A DNA stretch of 44,356 nt from a virus: IMG/VR virus record IMGVR_UViG_3300044466_000065, positions 1-44,356 of that record; one strand, 5' to 3'. Below are positions 34,050 through 42,634 of the stretch, in pieces (position 1 is the stretch's first letter; every line of letters begins with the position of its first letter). The notes below the pieces were generated by a model. The model saw only the letters and a list, made by a program, of their open reading frames with translations, did no database searches and was not told the DNA's origin. A program made the position numbers and the translations under genes.

Positions 34050-34247
34050 TCATCGTGGGAAGAGCCTCGCCCCGCCTCCGACGCCGAGTTGATGGCTGAC
34101 GAACAAGAGCAGAATGATCAGCAAAATCGCCCCGACAATCCAAACAATCGGTTGCGGGAGGGCGAACTTCACGCAGACCCACCAAAGCCCGTAGCCAACG
34201 ACGGCGAACACGATGATGTAAATGATCAACTGAATTAACTGATCCAT
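34050..34247 (-). CDS. Two-TM small membrane protein (holin-like topology)
   Basis: LIQLIIYIIVFAVVGYGLWWV and IVWIVGAILLIILLLFV hydrophobic helices. Confidence 0.55.
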   Translation of the reverse strand: MDQLIQLIIYIIVFAVVGYGLWWVCVKFALPQPIVWIVGAILLIILLLFVSHQLGVGGGARLFPR

Positions 34248-34257
34248 TTGTTCTCCT

Positions 34258-35769
34258 TCATGGGCAGAGCCTCCAGCCCGCGGTCTCGAGTTGTTTCATG
34301 GAACCTTGACCGGCTAGATCGTTGAAGTCGCCCATGCCGTCGCCGAGTTCGAGCACGAGTGATACGGCCATCGCCGTGGCGTCCATCAGATCGTCATGGT
34401 CGCAGCCGGGGTAGGTCTCCCACTGCGCGAGCCAGTCGATCATGTCACGCCGCACGTAGAGTTTCCCATTCGAGGCGAGGCCGGCGAGCGATTGCCGGAT
34501 GCGGATGGGCTTGGCGCGCTGGTCCTTGTAGATCTCGACGACGTGGAAGCGGCCGCGCTTCTTCATCTGCTCGTCGAGGTACCACTTGAGCGTGGCCTGA
34601 TAGGCGATGCCTTCCACGCGGCAGCGGATGGGTTTCCATTTCCCGGCGAGTTCGAAGAACTTATTGGCGGACCAGTCCGGATGGTGGCTGCGGGAAGTGG
34701 ACATCTCGAGCACGTAGACATCGCGATTGGCGGTCATTCCGACGATAACGTGCGCCTCGAAGTCCTTCGACGACATGCCTCCCGCCACCTGTGCGGCGCT
34801 TGGAGGAGGCACAGGATCAATAGCATAAGCGGTGACCATATTGGCGGGAGGTGTTTCATAGAAGCGAAGGTCAGAGGGGCGGAAGAACTGGCCTTCGTCC
34901 GGCACCAGCCAACATAGCTTTTCCCGCGCGAAGTAGGCCCACTGATTCTCACGGCGCGCCGCGGCTTCCTCCCGGTCGATCTCCTCGCTGGGGAAGCGTT
35001 CCTCCCACCGGCTGCGCCCCGCCTCATCCCGGATGCCGAACTTTCTGAACTTGTAGTCCGGGTTGTGCTCGGCCTTGGCGATGAGATCCTGCGGCCGCAT
35101 GGGCGTATTGGAGAGCACCATCTTGCGATTGGGCGCTTCACTGCGCGGAGCCATCGTATTGAAGATCGAGGCGTAGACGAGTTCGTTGAGCTTGGCGCGC
35201 TGCGTCTCGTTGCCCACGTTCTCCTCGGTCTGCACGTCGTCGAGGATCACCAGGTCCGGGCGGAAGTTATTGATGTTGAGGCCGCGCACCGAAGAGGTGA
35301 TGCCGAGGGCGACGAGGGTGATGGTGGTTTCTGGTTTCTGCGGCGCAAAGCGGCAGAGGATGTCGAGGCGGTCGGAATTCCACACGCTGCCGGGGCGCAG
35401 GCCGAACACCTGCGCGAAGGAAAGACCGTCCTCGGAGTTCCCTTCGATCAGCCGGCGCAGCCAGTCGCCGGACTCATGCGCCTTGTCGGTCGATGCGCCG
35501 AGGTAGGCGATGGTGCGCGAGGCACGATAGGCGACCGACCAGGCCACGAAGGAGCGGAGCAGGGTGGTCTTGGCTCCTCCCCTGAAAACCGAGAAGGCGG
35601 ACAGATTGACGTCAGGATCAATCAGGTCGGCCCACATGTCGCGGTGGAATTCCGGGCTCGACTGGCGGAAGGCAGAGGGGAAGAAGGTGCGGCAGAACAG
35701 CTCCCCGTCGGTGGCGCACAGCGATACTAATTCGTTGAGGTCGACGGACGGGGAGCGTGCCTGCTTCAT
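34258..35769 (-). CDS. terL: Terminase large subunit
   Basis: Walker A-like VFRGGAKTT, Walker B DLVILDD, C-terminal nuclease-like half; 503 aa. Confidence 0.9.
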   Translation of the reverse strand: MKQARSPSVDLNELVSLCATDGELFCRTFFPSAFRQSSPEFHRDMWADLIDPDVNLSAFSVFRGGAKTTLLRSFVAWSVAYRASRTIAYLGASTDKAHESGDWLRRLIEGNSEDGLSFAQVFGLRPGSVWNSDRLDILCRFAPQKPETTITLVALGITSSVRGLNINNFRPDLVILDDVQTEENVGNETQRAKLNELVYASIFNTMAPRSEAPNRKMVLSNTPMRPQDLIAKAEHNPDYKFRKFGIRDEAGRSRWEERFPSEEIDREEAAARRENQWAYFAREKLCWLVPDEGQFFRPSDLRFYETPPANMVTAYAIDPVPPPSAAQVAGGMSSKDFEAHVIVGMTANRDVYVLEMSTSRSHHPDWSANKFFELAGKWKPIRCRVEGIAYQATLKWYLDEQMKKRGRFHVVEIYKDQRAKPIRIRQSLAGLASNGKLYVRRDMIDWLAQWETYPGCDHDDLMDATAMAVSLVLELGDGMGDFNDLAGQGSMKQLETAGWRLCP

Positions 35770-35772
35770 CGG

Positions 35773-36165
35773 TTATTTGTGGGCGGTGTGCGCGGCCGGT
35801 GTGGTGGCCGCGACGGGAGGATGCTTGTCGTTCTTGTCATCCTTGGTGTCCTTGGGTTTGGCCGGATCGCCGAAGGCCATGTCGCGGACGTGCTGGAAGG
35901 CCCAGCGGTCGTCTTCGGCCATGCGGCGGTGTTCGTCAGGATCGTCGAAGGGGCCGCGGCTCAAGGCGAGATTCGCCACGGCGCGCCACCGGAGCTTGAT
36001 GGACAGGTCGGCATCCTTCCAGGCGGGCACCTTGTCGCCCGACTTCCAGTAAGCCGCCCAGGCGGCAAAGAGTTTCTCGGCCAGCCCTTCGGCGGTATGC
36101 TCCGGACCCGGCGCCGGGAGCGGAGTAGGCTCGGGCTTCGAGTAGCCCGTATCTTTTTCTTGCAT
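35773..36165 (-). CDS. Hypothetical protein
   Basis: AAGGAGAA RBS; 130 aa. Confidence 0.7.
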   Translation of the reverse strand: MQEKDTGYSKPEPTPLPAPGPEHTAEGLAEKLFAAWAAYWKSGDKVPAWKDADLSIKLRWRAVANLALSRGPFDDPDEHRRMAEDDRWAFQHVRDMAFGDPAKPKDTKDDKNDKHPPVAATTPAAHTAHK

Positions 36166-36226
36166 TTGTTCAATTCTCCTTGGATCGAATCAAACGAGTA
36201 ATCGAATCTGAGTCCCTCGCGAGGAC

Positions 36227-37159
36227 TTACTTTCCTTTGCCCTTGGCGATGATGCCTCCCGCCAGTGGCGGCTTAACGGCCATCGCTGCCCCGCCGATGG
36301 CAGTCTTGCGGGACATAAGCGGAGCCTCCAGCGCCTCCGCGTCTGCGGCAGGAGCCGTGGAGATTTCGCGGTAGGTCACGTCGACGGTGAGCGAGCCGTC
36401 GCCGCCGGTCACGTCGGCGGGTTCGATGTGGAGCATCAACGCCGTCGCCTCGGGCGCCACGTTCTGCGGGTAGGGCAAGCCGGTCATTGCTCCGGTCGAT
36501 GAGGCCGGGGTATCGAGGAGGCCGGCGGCGGGGAGAGTGTTCGAGACCGCGGTACCCCCTGCCTTGACGACGAGCAGGTTGGCACCGGCCACGTAGGCGA
36601 GCGTGCCGAAGGTGTAGGAGAGCGCGGCGGAGACGAACTGGAGCGCGATGCCGGCGGCGGGCGCGGGGACGAGCGAGATGGGCGTGGCCACCAGAGCCAG
36701 GAGTTGCGCCGAGGTAACCGAAGCCTGGCCGGTGATGGGTTCCGGCAGATCGACCGGCTCGTCGGTGGCATGCTGCTTCTTCTTCAAAGGCAGCGGCTTC
36801 ACATCGCGCCGCAGATCTTCCTGGACATCGGTGGCGACTTGGCCGACGACGGCCCAATCGGTCTGGACGTCCGGTGAGAGCGCAGCCCATTGCGGATGGG
36901 GACCGAGGATGTCGATGGCCCTCTCATCTTTCGACTCGCCGGCGGATGCTTCAAAGAGGATAGGCGGCGGGGGCGGCGGGGCTTCCTCCCCGGCATCGAT
37001 CGACTGCTGGGCGACGAGGTACCAGGCGTTCTTGACGGTACGCTGGGTCTCGCTCCAGGTGGGGATGGGGGCGAGCGTCTCGGCCGTCATCCAGTCGAGC
37101 ATCTGAGCCTTGGCCGTGTAGAGGCGCTCGGCGAGTTCTTCCATCGTGGTGGTTTGCAT
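36227..37159 (-). CDS. Hypothetical (possibly structural) protein
   Basis: 310 aa; N-terminal region resembles the N-terminus of 35773..36165; beta-rich C-terminal half. Confidence 0.72.
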   Translation of the reverse strand: MQTTTMEELAERLYTAKAQMLDWMTAETLAPIPTWSETQRTVKNAWYLVAQQSIDAGEEAPPPPPPILFEASAGESKDERAIDILGPHPQWAALSPDVQTDWAVVGQVATDVQEDLRRDVKPLPLKKKQHATDEPVDLPEPITGQASVTSAQLLALVATPISLVPAPAAGIALQFVSAALSYTFGTLAYVAGANLLVVKAGGTAVSNTLPAAGLLDTPASSTGAMTGLPYPQNVAPEATALMLHIEPADVTGGDGSLTVDVTYREISTAPAADAEALEAPLMSRKTAIGGAAMAVKPPLAGGIIAKGKGK

Positions 37160-37657
37160 CTAACTTTCCTGTTCTTCGAGGTTGGCTTCGAGGGTGAGGG
37201 GAGCGGTGGCGCGCCGGGAGAGCGCCCGCTCGCGCGCCTCATTAATAATGTTCACGTCGACCTGCAGGTGCGAGTGGACGTGCATGTCGGTCGAGTAGCC
37301 CTTGGGGTTGATGTAGCCGAGGGCGGTGAGCGAGAGCTTGGCGGCGGTGAGCAGCTCGCGCGACTCGAGTTCGTTCTCTTCGAGACGGCGATCGATTTCA
37401 TCCAGCGAGCGGTGCGCGAGGCTGTTCAATTTTTCGGTGATTTTGGCACCGACAAACACCGCCTCCGTATTTTGTTCCTTGCAGGCTTCTAAATACGCAG
37501 CCTGGAACAGATCGTTGTGGAGGACCGTACTGACGTACTGACGACCGAGGTTCAATTCGATGGCTGCTTCCCTCAACTGCCGATGCGGATTGGCGAGGAG
37601 CCATGACAGCAAAGCCCGGTGCCGATGATTCAAACTCTTGAGTTCAGTGGCCAGCAT
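37160..37657 (-). CDS. HTH protein, possible terminase small subunit
   Basis: First gene after a 206-bp intergenic gap; REAAIELNLGRQYVSTVL HTH-like segment; coiled-coil centre. Confidence 0.45.
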   Translation of the reverse strand: MLATELKSLNHRHRALLSWLLANPHRQLREAAIELNLGRQYVSTVLHNDLFQAAYLEACKEQNTEAVFVGAKITEKLNSLAHRSLDEIDRRLEENELESRELLTAAKLSLTALGYINPKGYSTDMHVHSHLQVDVNIINEARERALSRRATAPLTLEANLEEQES

Positions 37658-37824
37658 TCAGATTCCTAAAAGAGAGGGCCGATGAACCTAGTCAGCGCCC
37701 ACCGGCCCTTCCCCCCGAACGGGGATGGATCACACGAGCGACCCGTCCGAGGAACCAATCAACCAGATTGTGCCCAATTTCCAGTCAAAGGCCACGCAAG
37801 AGAAACTCGCGACCTAATGGGGGT

Positions 37825-37854
37825 ATGGTACGCCTCTTCAATAAGATCAGTCAA
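37825..37854 (-). promoter_or_regulatory. Candidate promoter for the morphogenesis operon
   Basis: Minus-strand TTGACT (37854-37849), 18-nt spacer, TACCAT (37830-37825). Confidence 0.3.
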
Positions 37855-37863
37855 TAAATAGGT

Positions 37864-38430
37864 TTATTTCCTGCTTTTGAGAAACGGGCCGAGTACCTTC
37901 GTTTTGGGACCGGGGGCTCTTTCCGGATCGGGAAACGCTTGGGCGAGCGAGACTCCCAGACGGGGCTGCGGGCGCTGCGCGGGAGGGGCGTTCCTCTGCT
38001 GGCCCTGAAGGATTCTATTCATCTCGCCGCCCGATACTTCCTGCGGAGTGACATACCGATCCTGGTCCCACTTGCCGGGAGCACCGTACTGCGCGTACTG
38101 GCTTTCGTTGGAGAAGGTCGGGTGGTTGGGCTTCTTGAAGGTGTCGGGCCAGTGGCCTCCCTCATCCGGGCGAAAGCCCGCCTTGAACGCTCCCCGCAGA
38201 TCGTAGTCCTCGCCCGAATCGTTGGGCGCGTATTGTTGTTTCCATACGCCGAACTGCACTTCCTCGAGCGGAGTGAGCGGGGTATCGTAGCCTCCGGGGC
38301 GCCCGCGGGGATTGGCAGCGGCGGCATCGATTTGATCCTGCTCGAACTGCCGGCGCGCGGCGACTTGCTCGTCGGTATCGTAGCGGTAGGTGGCTACGCC
38401 TTGCTGGGGGGATAACCGTGGCTGGGGCAT
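37864..38430 (-). CDS. Hypothetical protein
   Basis: 188 aa; conserved-looking DYDLRGAFKAGFRPDEGGHWPDTFKKPNHPTFSNES segment. Confidence 0.72.
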   Translation of the reverse strand: MPQPRLSPQQGVATYRYDTDEQVAARRQFEQDQIDAAAANPRGRPGGYDTPLTPLEEVQFGVWKQQYAPNDSGEDYDLRGAFKAGFRPDEGGHWPDTFKKPNHPTFSNESQYAQYGAPGKWDQDRYVTPQEVSGGEMNRILQGQQRNAPPAQRPQPRLGVSLAQAFPDPERAPGPKTKVLGPFLKSRK

Positions 38431-38433
38431 AGC

Positions 38434-39201
38434 TTATCCTTGACCGAGCTGGCCTCGGAGCCACTGAATCAACTGCGCTTGTTGGGGATTGGACTGCGAA
38501 GGATCATACGTCGAGGTGGGGGTCGAGTAGTTCCACATGCCATTCTCGTCAGCGCGAGAGACGGTGGGAGCGGGGCCGCCCCAGCCGGTGTTATTGATGC
38601 CGGCGGCGTAGCGGGCGGCTATGTCCTCTGGGCGGTCACCCCGCTGGAGTTGGAACGCGCCCATCCCCGCGTCCTGGATATCTCCCTTGCCGAAATCGAG
38701 GCCGTAGATGGGAGCACTCGGGGCGGAGGAACCGGGCGAGGCCATGTTGTTGAGGTTCTGCGAAACGACATTGGCGCCGAAGGTCTGCCCGACCTTACCT
38801 GCGGCTTCGGGAGTTAAATAATTTGTGTTCGGATTACCGGGGGAAGCGAAGCTCACAGGCTGATCGTTGATCGACGCACCCACGTTCTGCGCCCATGGGT
38901 TCTGGTCACCCCAGAAGCCGCCGGTGCCTGCGGTGGAGGGGGGAGGCGGGAGTCCGGGGTTGGTTTGCGGCGTCGAGGGCGGAGTGGAGCCGCCCGCGAG
39001 TGGACCTTGGACGCCGGGCTGCTCGTAGCCGCCGGTGGCGGGTGGATGCTCCCCCATCCCCGGAGGGATTTGCCCCGGAGGCGCTCCACCGCCGAGGATG
39101 GGCGTGCCGGGGAGCGAGGCGAGTTGCTGGCCGAGACCGCCGCCGCCGAAGAATGGGTTGTCGATCGGGCGGCCGAATTCATCGAGCTTGGTGGCAGCCA
39201 T
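38434..39201 (-). CDS. Gly/Pro-rich hypothetical protein
   Basis: 255 aa; low-complexity N-terminal half and globular C-terminal half. Confidence 0.72.
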   Translation of the reverse strand: MAATKLDEFGRPIDNPFFGGGGLGQQLASLPGTPILGGGAPPGQIPPGMGEHPPATGGYEQPGVQGPLAGGSTPPSTPQTNPGLPPPPSTAGTGGFWGDQNPWAQNVGASINDQPVSFASPGNPNTNYLTPEAAGKVGQTFGANVVSQNLNNMASPGSSAPSAPIYGLDFGKGDIQDAGMGAFQLQRGDRPEDIAARYAAGINNTGWGGPAPTVSRADENGMWNYSTPTSTYDPSQSNPQQAQLIQWLRGQLGQG

Positions 39202-39332
39202 TAGGTGAGCTCCTCTACTTCATTGGCGTCTTCGGCAGGCGCGTAGTCGGGGGCGACGGGAGGGACGTCGGGCGAGTCCGGCTCGAATAGTTCATCGAAC
39301 TCAGGATCGGGAGGATCTTTCGGGGACGGCAT
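39201..39332 (-). CDS. Small acidic protein, 43 aa
   Basis: ATG 39332 (MPSPKDPPDPEFDELFEPDSPD...); TAATG coupling to the next gene. Confidence 0.4.
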   Translation of the reverse strand: MPSPKDPPDPEFDELFEPDSPDVPPVAPDYAPAEDANEVEELT

Positions 39333-39439
39333 GGATGCAGTATATCCTTGCCCTTTGTTTTCTGCCAGAATTAAACGAGCCGCGTGGCGTTCGAGCGCCA
39401 CCCGACTCTGACCGAATGCAATCTGTAGAGGAGATCGCA

Positions 39440-39982
39440 ATGGCTGACATCCAGTCTAAACCGCTTGCGCCATTATCCGAGAAAGACCGCGCCAAATTCC
39501 CGTCGAAAGTAGACAGGCGCTCCGATTCGGAGTGCTGGTTGTGGAAGGGTAGAGTTTCTGTCAATGGGTACGGAATGTTTCCTTGCTTTGGGAAACGCGC
39601 CATTAAAGCCCACAGAATCGCCTATTTCCTCGAGTACGGTATTGATCCTGGTTCGCTCTGCGTGTGCCACAAATGTGATCAAAGGTTGTGCGTCAATCCA
39701 AACCATCTGTTCCTTTGCACCAAGCACGAAAACGCGCTGGATGCTTCTGCCAAAGGACGGCTGAAGTGGAAAGACGATCACCTCTGGCGAAAACATCCGG
39801 AGGAGGTGCTGCACGGGGAACGTCAAGGTATGGCGAAGCTGAAGGAGACCGAGGTCGTCGAGATTCGGAAGATGTACGCCAGCGGCTTATGGCTTCAACG
39901 AGAGATCGCCGCCAAGTTCGGGGTGGCTATGAGCCGGATCTCTGCTATCGTCACCCGAAAGCACTGGAAACACATTCCATAA
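39440..39982 (+). CDS. HNH homing endonuclease (HNH_3-like) with C-terminal HTH
   Basis: GGAG RBS; ECWLWKGRVSVNGYG...KAHRIAYFLEYGIDPGSLCVCHKCDQRLCVNPNHL. Confidence 0.88.
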   Translation: MADIQSKPLAPLSEKDRAKFPSKVDRRSDSECWLWKGRVSVNGYGMFPCFGKRAIKAHRIAYFLEYGIDPGSLCVCHKCDQRLCVNPNHLFLCTKHENALDASAKGRLKWKDDHLWRKHPEEVLHGERQGMAKLKETEVVEIRKMYASGLWLQREIAAKFGVAMSRISAIVTRKHWKHIP

Positions 39983-40012
39983 AAAAAGGGCACCCGCTAG
40001 AGGAGGGTGCCC
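39981..40012 (-). terminator. Rho-independent terminator (for the PEP-CTERM gene; may also act bidirectionally)
   Basis: Minus-strand reading GGGCACCC-tcctctagc-GGGTGCCC followed by TTTTTTT. Confidence 0.75.
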
Positions 40013-40055
40013 TGAGTTTCGTAGTTGTTTAATCTTCCTGGAGGAGAAGATTTGC

Positions 40056-40763
40056 TTATCCTACAACCTTTCGCTTGGCCGCGTAAAGACCGATCAAACC
40101 AGCGCCCATAAGGGCGTAGGTGGCAGGCTCGGGGACGACATCGCACTCGGTGCCGACGCAGAACGGATCCACTCCCGGCGCGGCGTAGAACTGATCGATC
40201 AAACTGATCGTCGCGTAGCCGAGGCCCTCGGTATCGGAGCCCACCAGGAAAATGTCCTTGATGATGCGAAGATCGCGATAAGGGCCATCCAGAATGGCTA
40301 TATCCGCAAGCGGACCGCCGGGAGCATCCACCTGAGCCTGACCGGCTACATGGAGGAAGGGCACGGTGCCAAGGACAGTCTCCACCACTTGGGCGAACGA
40401 CTGGTCGCCGACGACGGCTCCGTTAAACAACAACCCCACCGCGCCGAGGGCAGGGAACAACGGATTCACCGAGAGGTCATAGGCGATCACGAAGTCAGCC
40501 GAAGCAAAGCCGCCGTTGCTGAGAGCGGTGAAGCCGCCGGCAAAGCGGATCTGGTTATTGACGAGGGTGACATCGATGCCGCTGGCGTCCAAGGGGGCAC
40601 ACACGCCGATGCCGCCGCAGGTGCGGGTGAACTCGAAGTTATCGATGGTCAATAACCCGCTCGAAAGACTACCGCCGGGGAGGAGGAGCGTTGATAACAA
40701 AGTGGCGCTGGCGGGGGAGAGCGAGGCGAGCGCAAGCAGGGACGCGAGGACGAGAGTTCTCAT
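40056..40763 (-). CDS. PEP-CTERM sorting-domain protein (secreted or cell-surface)
   Basis: Signal peptide MRTLVLASLLALASLSPASA; C-terminal VPEPATYALMGAGLIGLYAAKRKVVG gives PEP motif, TM helix and basic tail. Confidence 0.85.
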   Translation of the reverse strand: MRTLVLASLLALASLSPASATLLSTLLLPGGSLSSGLLTIDNFEFTRTCGGIGVCAPLDASGIDVTLVNNQIRFAGGFTALSNGGFASADFVIAYDLSVNPLFPALGAVGLLFNGAVVGDQSFAQVVETVLGTVPFLHVAGQAQVDAPGGPLADIAILDGPYRDLRIIKDIFLVGSDTEGLGYATISLIDQFYAAPGVDPFCVGTECDVVPEPATYALMGAGLIGLYAAKRKVVG

Positions 40764-40841
40764 GAGAATGGACCTTTCGGAAAGTGCCCTTTCGAACGGG
40801 CACTCGTGGAAGCAAGATTACCAGAGGAACATGACGTTCCG

Positions 40842-41312
40842 CTATACCGAAAATCCGGCGGCGCGCAGCTCGGCGGTGCGCTGCTCGATGGCGGCAGCTT
40901 CCCCATCTTTCTCTTTGTCGAAAGCCCACCAGCCGGCCGAATAGACTTCCCACAGGTCGTCGCCGTTATTGACCACGAGCCAGTACTGCGATTCGGTGAC
41001 ATAGCCGTCGGGGGTGGGGACTAAGATGTCGAAGATCAGACTGGGCCAGTTCTCCTTTGCCCACGCCAGTACGCCGTCAGCCGTCGCCTCGGTCGGATAG
41101 TCGACGGGATTGAGCGGGTAAACCGGCGTGGTAAAGCCATAGCCGAGGTTCACGCTCCAGGGGCGGTTGTAGGTGGAGGGGCCGACTTCCTCACGGTTGT
41201 GGGTATAGTAGAGCTTCTTGTTCCACGGGCTATAGAGATAGCCCTTCATCGCGCGGACGAGGATCTTCGAGGGATCGATGGCGGCGGCGGCGGATTCTTC
41301 CTGGTCTGGCAT
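40842..41312 (-). CDS. Hypothetical protein
   Basis: AGGAGAAGAA RBS then ATG 41312; 156 aa, Trp/Tyr-rich. Confidence 0.7.
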   Translation of the reverse strand: MPDQEESAAAAIDPSKILVRAMKGYLYSPWNKKLYYTHNREEVGPSTYNRPWSVNLGYGFTTPVYPLNPVDYPTEATADGVLAWAKENWPSLIFDILVPTPDGYVTESQYWLVVNNGDDLWEVYSAGWWAFDKEKDGEAAAIEQRTAELRAAGFSV

Positions 41313-41329
41313 TTCTTCTCCTGGACGGA

Positions 41330-41827
41330 CTATTTCAAAATGGAATCTAAGCTTTGAAGGGGAGTGGCCTTGGCTTTGAGCTTGGCGACCTGCGCCACCA
41401 CGTCGGACCGGCTCGAGACTTCGCGGCGCTTGTCGACGGGCAGCGAATAGAACCGCGCGGCGGCGTCGGCCTCGGGAATCTTGAGCAGGATGGCCAGGGC
41501 CCGCACCGTGATGCTGTGCGATTTCTCGCCGCGGCGCAGACCCCAGTCTCCTGACTTTAAGAGGTCGAACAGTTTGTCCGCCTTCTGACGGGCCGCCTCC
41601 GGCGAGCCGCGAGCGGTGCAGTACGCCTGCTGAATCCGGGCAATCAGTCCCCAATAGAGAAGGTCATCTATCACATTCTGCGGGAGTTCCGCTAGATTGT
41701 ACACCGACTGCTGCCCGTCTTTCCAGTCAAAATAAAGGAGGCCGGTTTTGGTGTCCCAATCGATCCGCGAAGTAATGTGAAGCGGCGTGCGGCGCTTGCC
41801 GTTGGGGGATGGTTCAGAATCAGGCAT
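41330..41827 (-). CDS. Hypothetical protein
   Basis: 165-aa ORF after an AT-rich intergenic region. Confidence 0.68.
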   Translation of the reverse strand: MPDSEPSPNGKRRTPLHITSRIDWDTKTGLLYFDWKDGQQSVYNLAELPQNVIDDLLYWGLIARIQQAYCTARGSPEAARQKADKLFDLLKSGDWGLRRGEKSHSITVRALAILLKIPEADAAARFYSLPVDKRREVSSRSDVVAQVAKLKAKATPLQSLDSILK

Positions 41828-41946
41828 TTCTACCTAGCCATCATAGCGCATAACTAGGAATAGCTAGATAAATATTTGCATCCCGTAAGTGTAAGCGCCC
41901 TGGAACAAAACAAATCGATTCTGAATACCCCAGTTTGCGGGGCGGC

Positions 41947-42360
41947 TTATTTTCCGAGGTCAGCGAGGAAAGCAGCCACGATGGGATCAACAGGGGTTCT
42001 GCTTTTATTGTTCATCTGCTCTTTCGGAGTGGCCCACCGGACATTGCCGGGTTCGTAGTTGCCGTTGTTGTCGATCCGGTCGATCCAATGTTTTGTGGAC
42101 GGCTTCGGACCAACATGCTCGTAGAAGGCCAGAAAGTCCTGCCGCCACTCCTGGCAGATGGTGATACCGCGTCCGCCATAGTTGTGGTAGCTGATGTGTT
42201 TAGGATTGGTGCAGCGGCTAATCATCCCATGCCAAGCTTCATATTCGGCGCTCCATCGCATGCCGTGTTGGCGCTTCCGGCGGGGATGTACAATCGGGGT
42301 TGGTGGCAATGGGTTCCTCCAGAACTCTTTGCTGCTTGGCTCGCGGTGCTCTAACACCAC
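41947..42360 (-). CDS. AP2-like DNA-binding / homing-endonuclease-associated protein (paralog of 6922..7335); start uncertain
   Basis: EAWHGMISRCTNPKHISYHNYGGRGITICQEW...WIDRIDNNGNYEPGNVRWAT. Confidence 0.7.
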   Translation of the reverse strand: MVLEHREPSSKEFWRNPLPPTPIVHPRRKRQHGMRWSAEYEAWHGMISRCTNPKHISYHNYGGRGITICQEWRQDFLAFYEHVGPKPSTKHWIDRIDNNGNYEPGNVRWATPKEQMNNKSRTPVDPIVAAFLADLGK

Positions 42361-42371
42361 GGGCCTTCAAT

Positions 42372-42401
42372 ATTTTAGGGTGCTTTTATAGGCGGGGTCA
42401 A
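42372..42401 (-). promoter_or_regulatory. Candidate sigma70-like promoter
   Basis: Minus-strand TTGACC (42401-42396), 18-nt spacer, TAAAAT (42377-42372). Confidence 0.35.
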
Positions 42402-42411
42402 GGCGAATCGA

Positions 42412-42423
42412 AGTGATATCACT
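42412..42423. promoter_or_regulatory. Perfect 12-bp palindrome AGTGATATCACT (operator-like)
   Basis: Seen directly; lies 10 bp upstream of the candidate -35. Confidence 0.4.
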
Positions 42424-42433
42424 GATAGCCCTG

Positions 42434-42634
42434 CTAGCGAGGCGGGGCTGCGATCGTTTCAGCGCGCGGCGGCTTGCGCATCAGCACCGAGCGCCGGTCG
42501 CGAATCCACAAAACCCGTCCCGTATCGTGAGACGCTTTTCCGCACTCCCCGCACCGGAGGCAGCAGTACTCGCCGGTGTCCGCCAGCGTCACGGCGGCGG
42601 CGCGGCACATCGGGCATTTCAACGAGGTGAGCAT
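42434..42634 (-). CDS. Small zinc-ribbon protein
   Basis: CPMC...CLRCGEC cysteine pairs; no RBS, because the ATG directly follows a terminator-like T-run. Confidence 0.45.
   Translation of the reverse strand: MLTSLKCPMCRAAAVTLADTGEYCCLRCGECGKASHDTGRVLWIRDRRSVLMRKPPRAETIAAPPR

Noticed and set aside
33790-34185. 131-aa minus-strand ORF overlapping the two-TM gene
   Set aside because: Its upstream half overlaps the better two-TM ORF in another frame. Only the part after ATG 34053 could be real, and even that competes with a 30-aa TM peptide, so it is left unresolved at low confidence.
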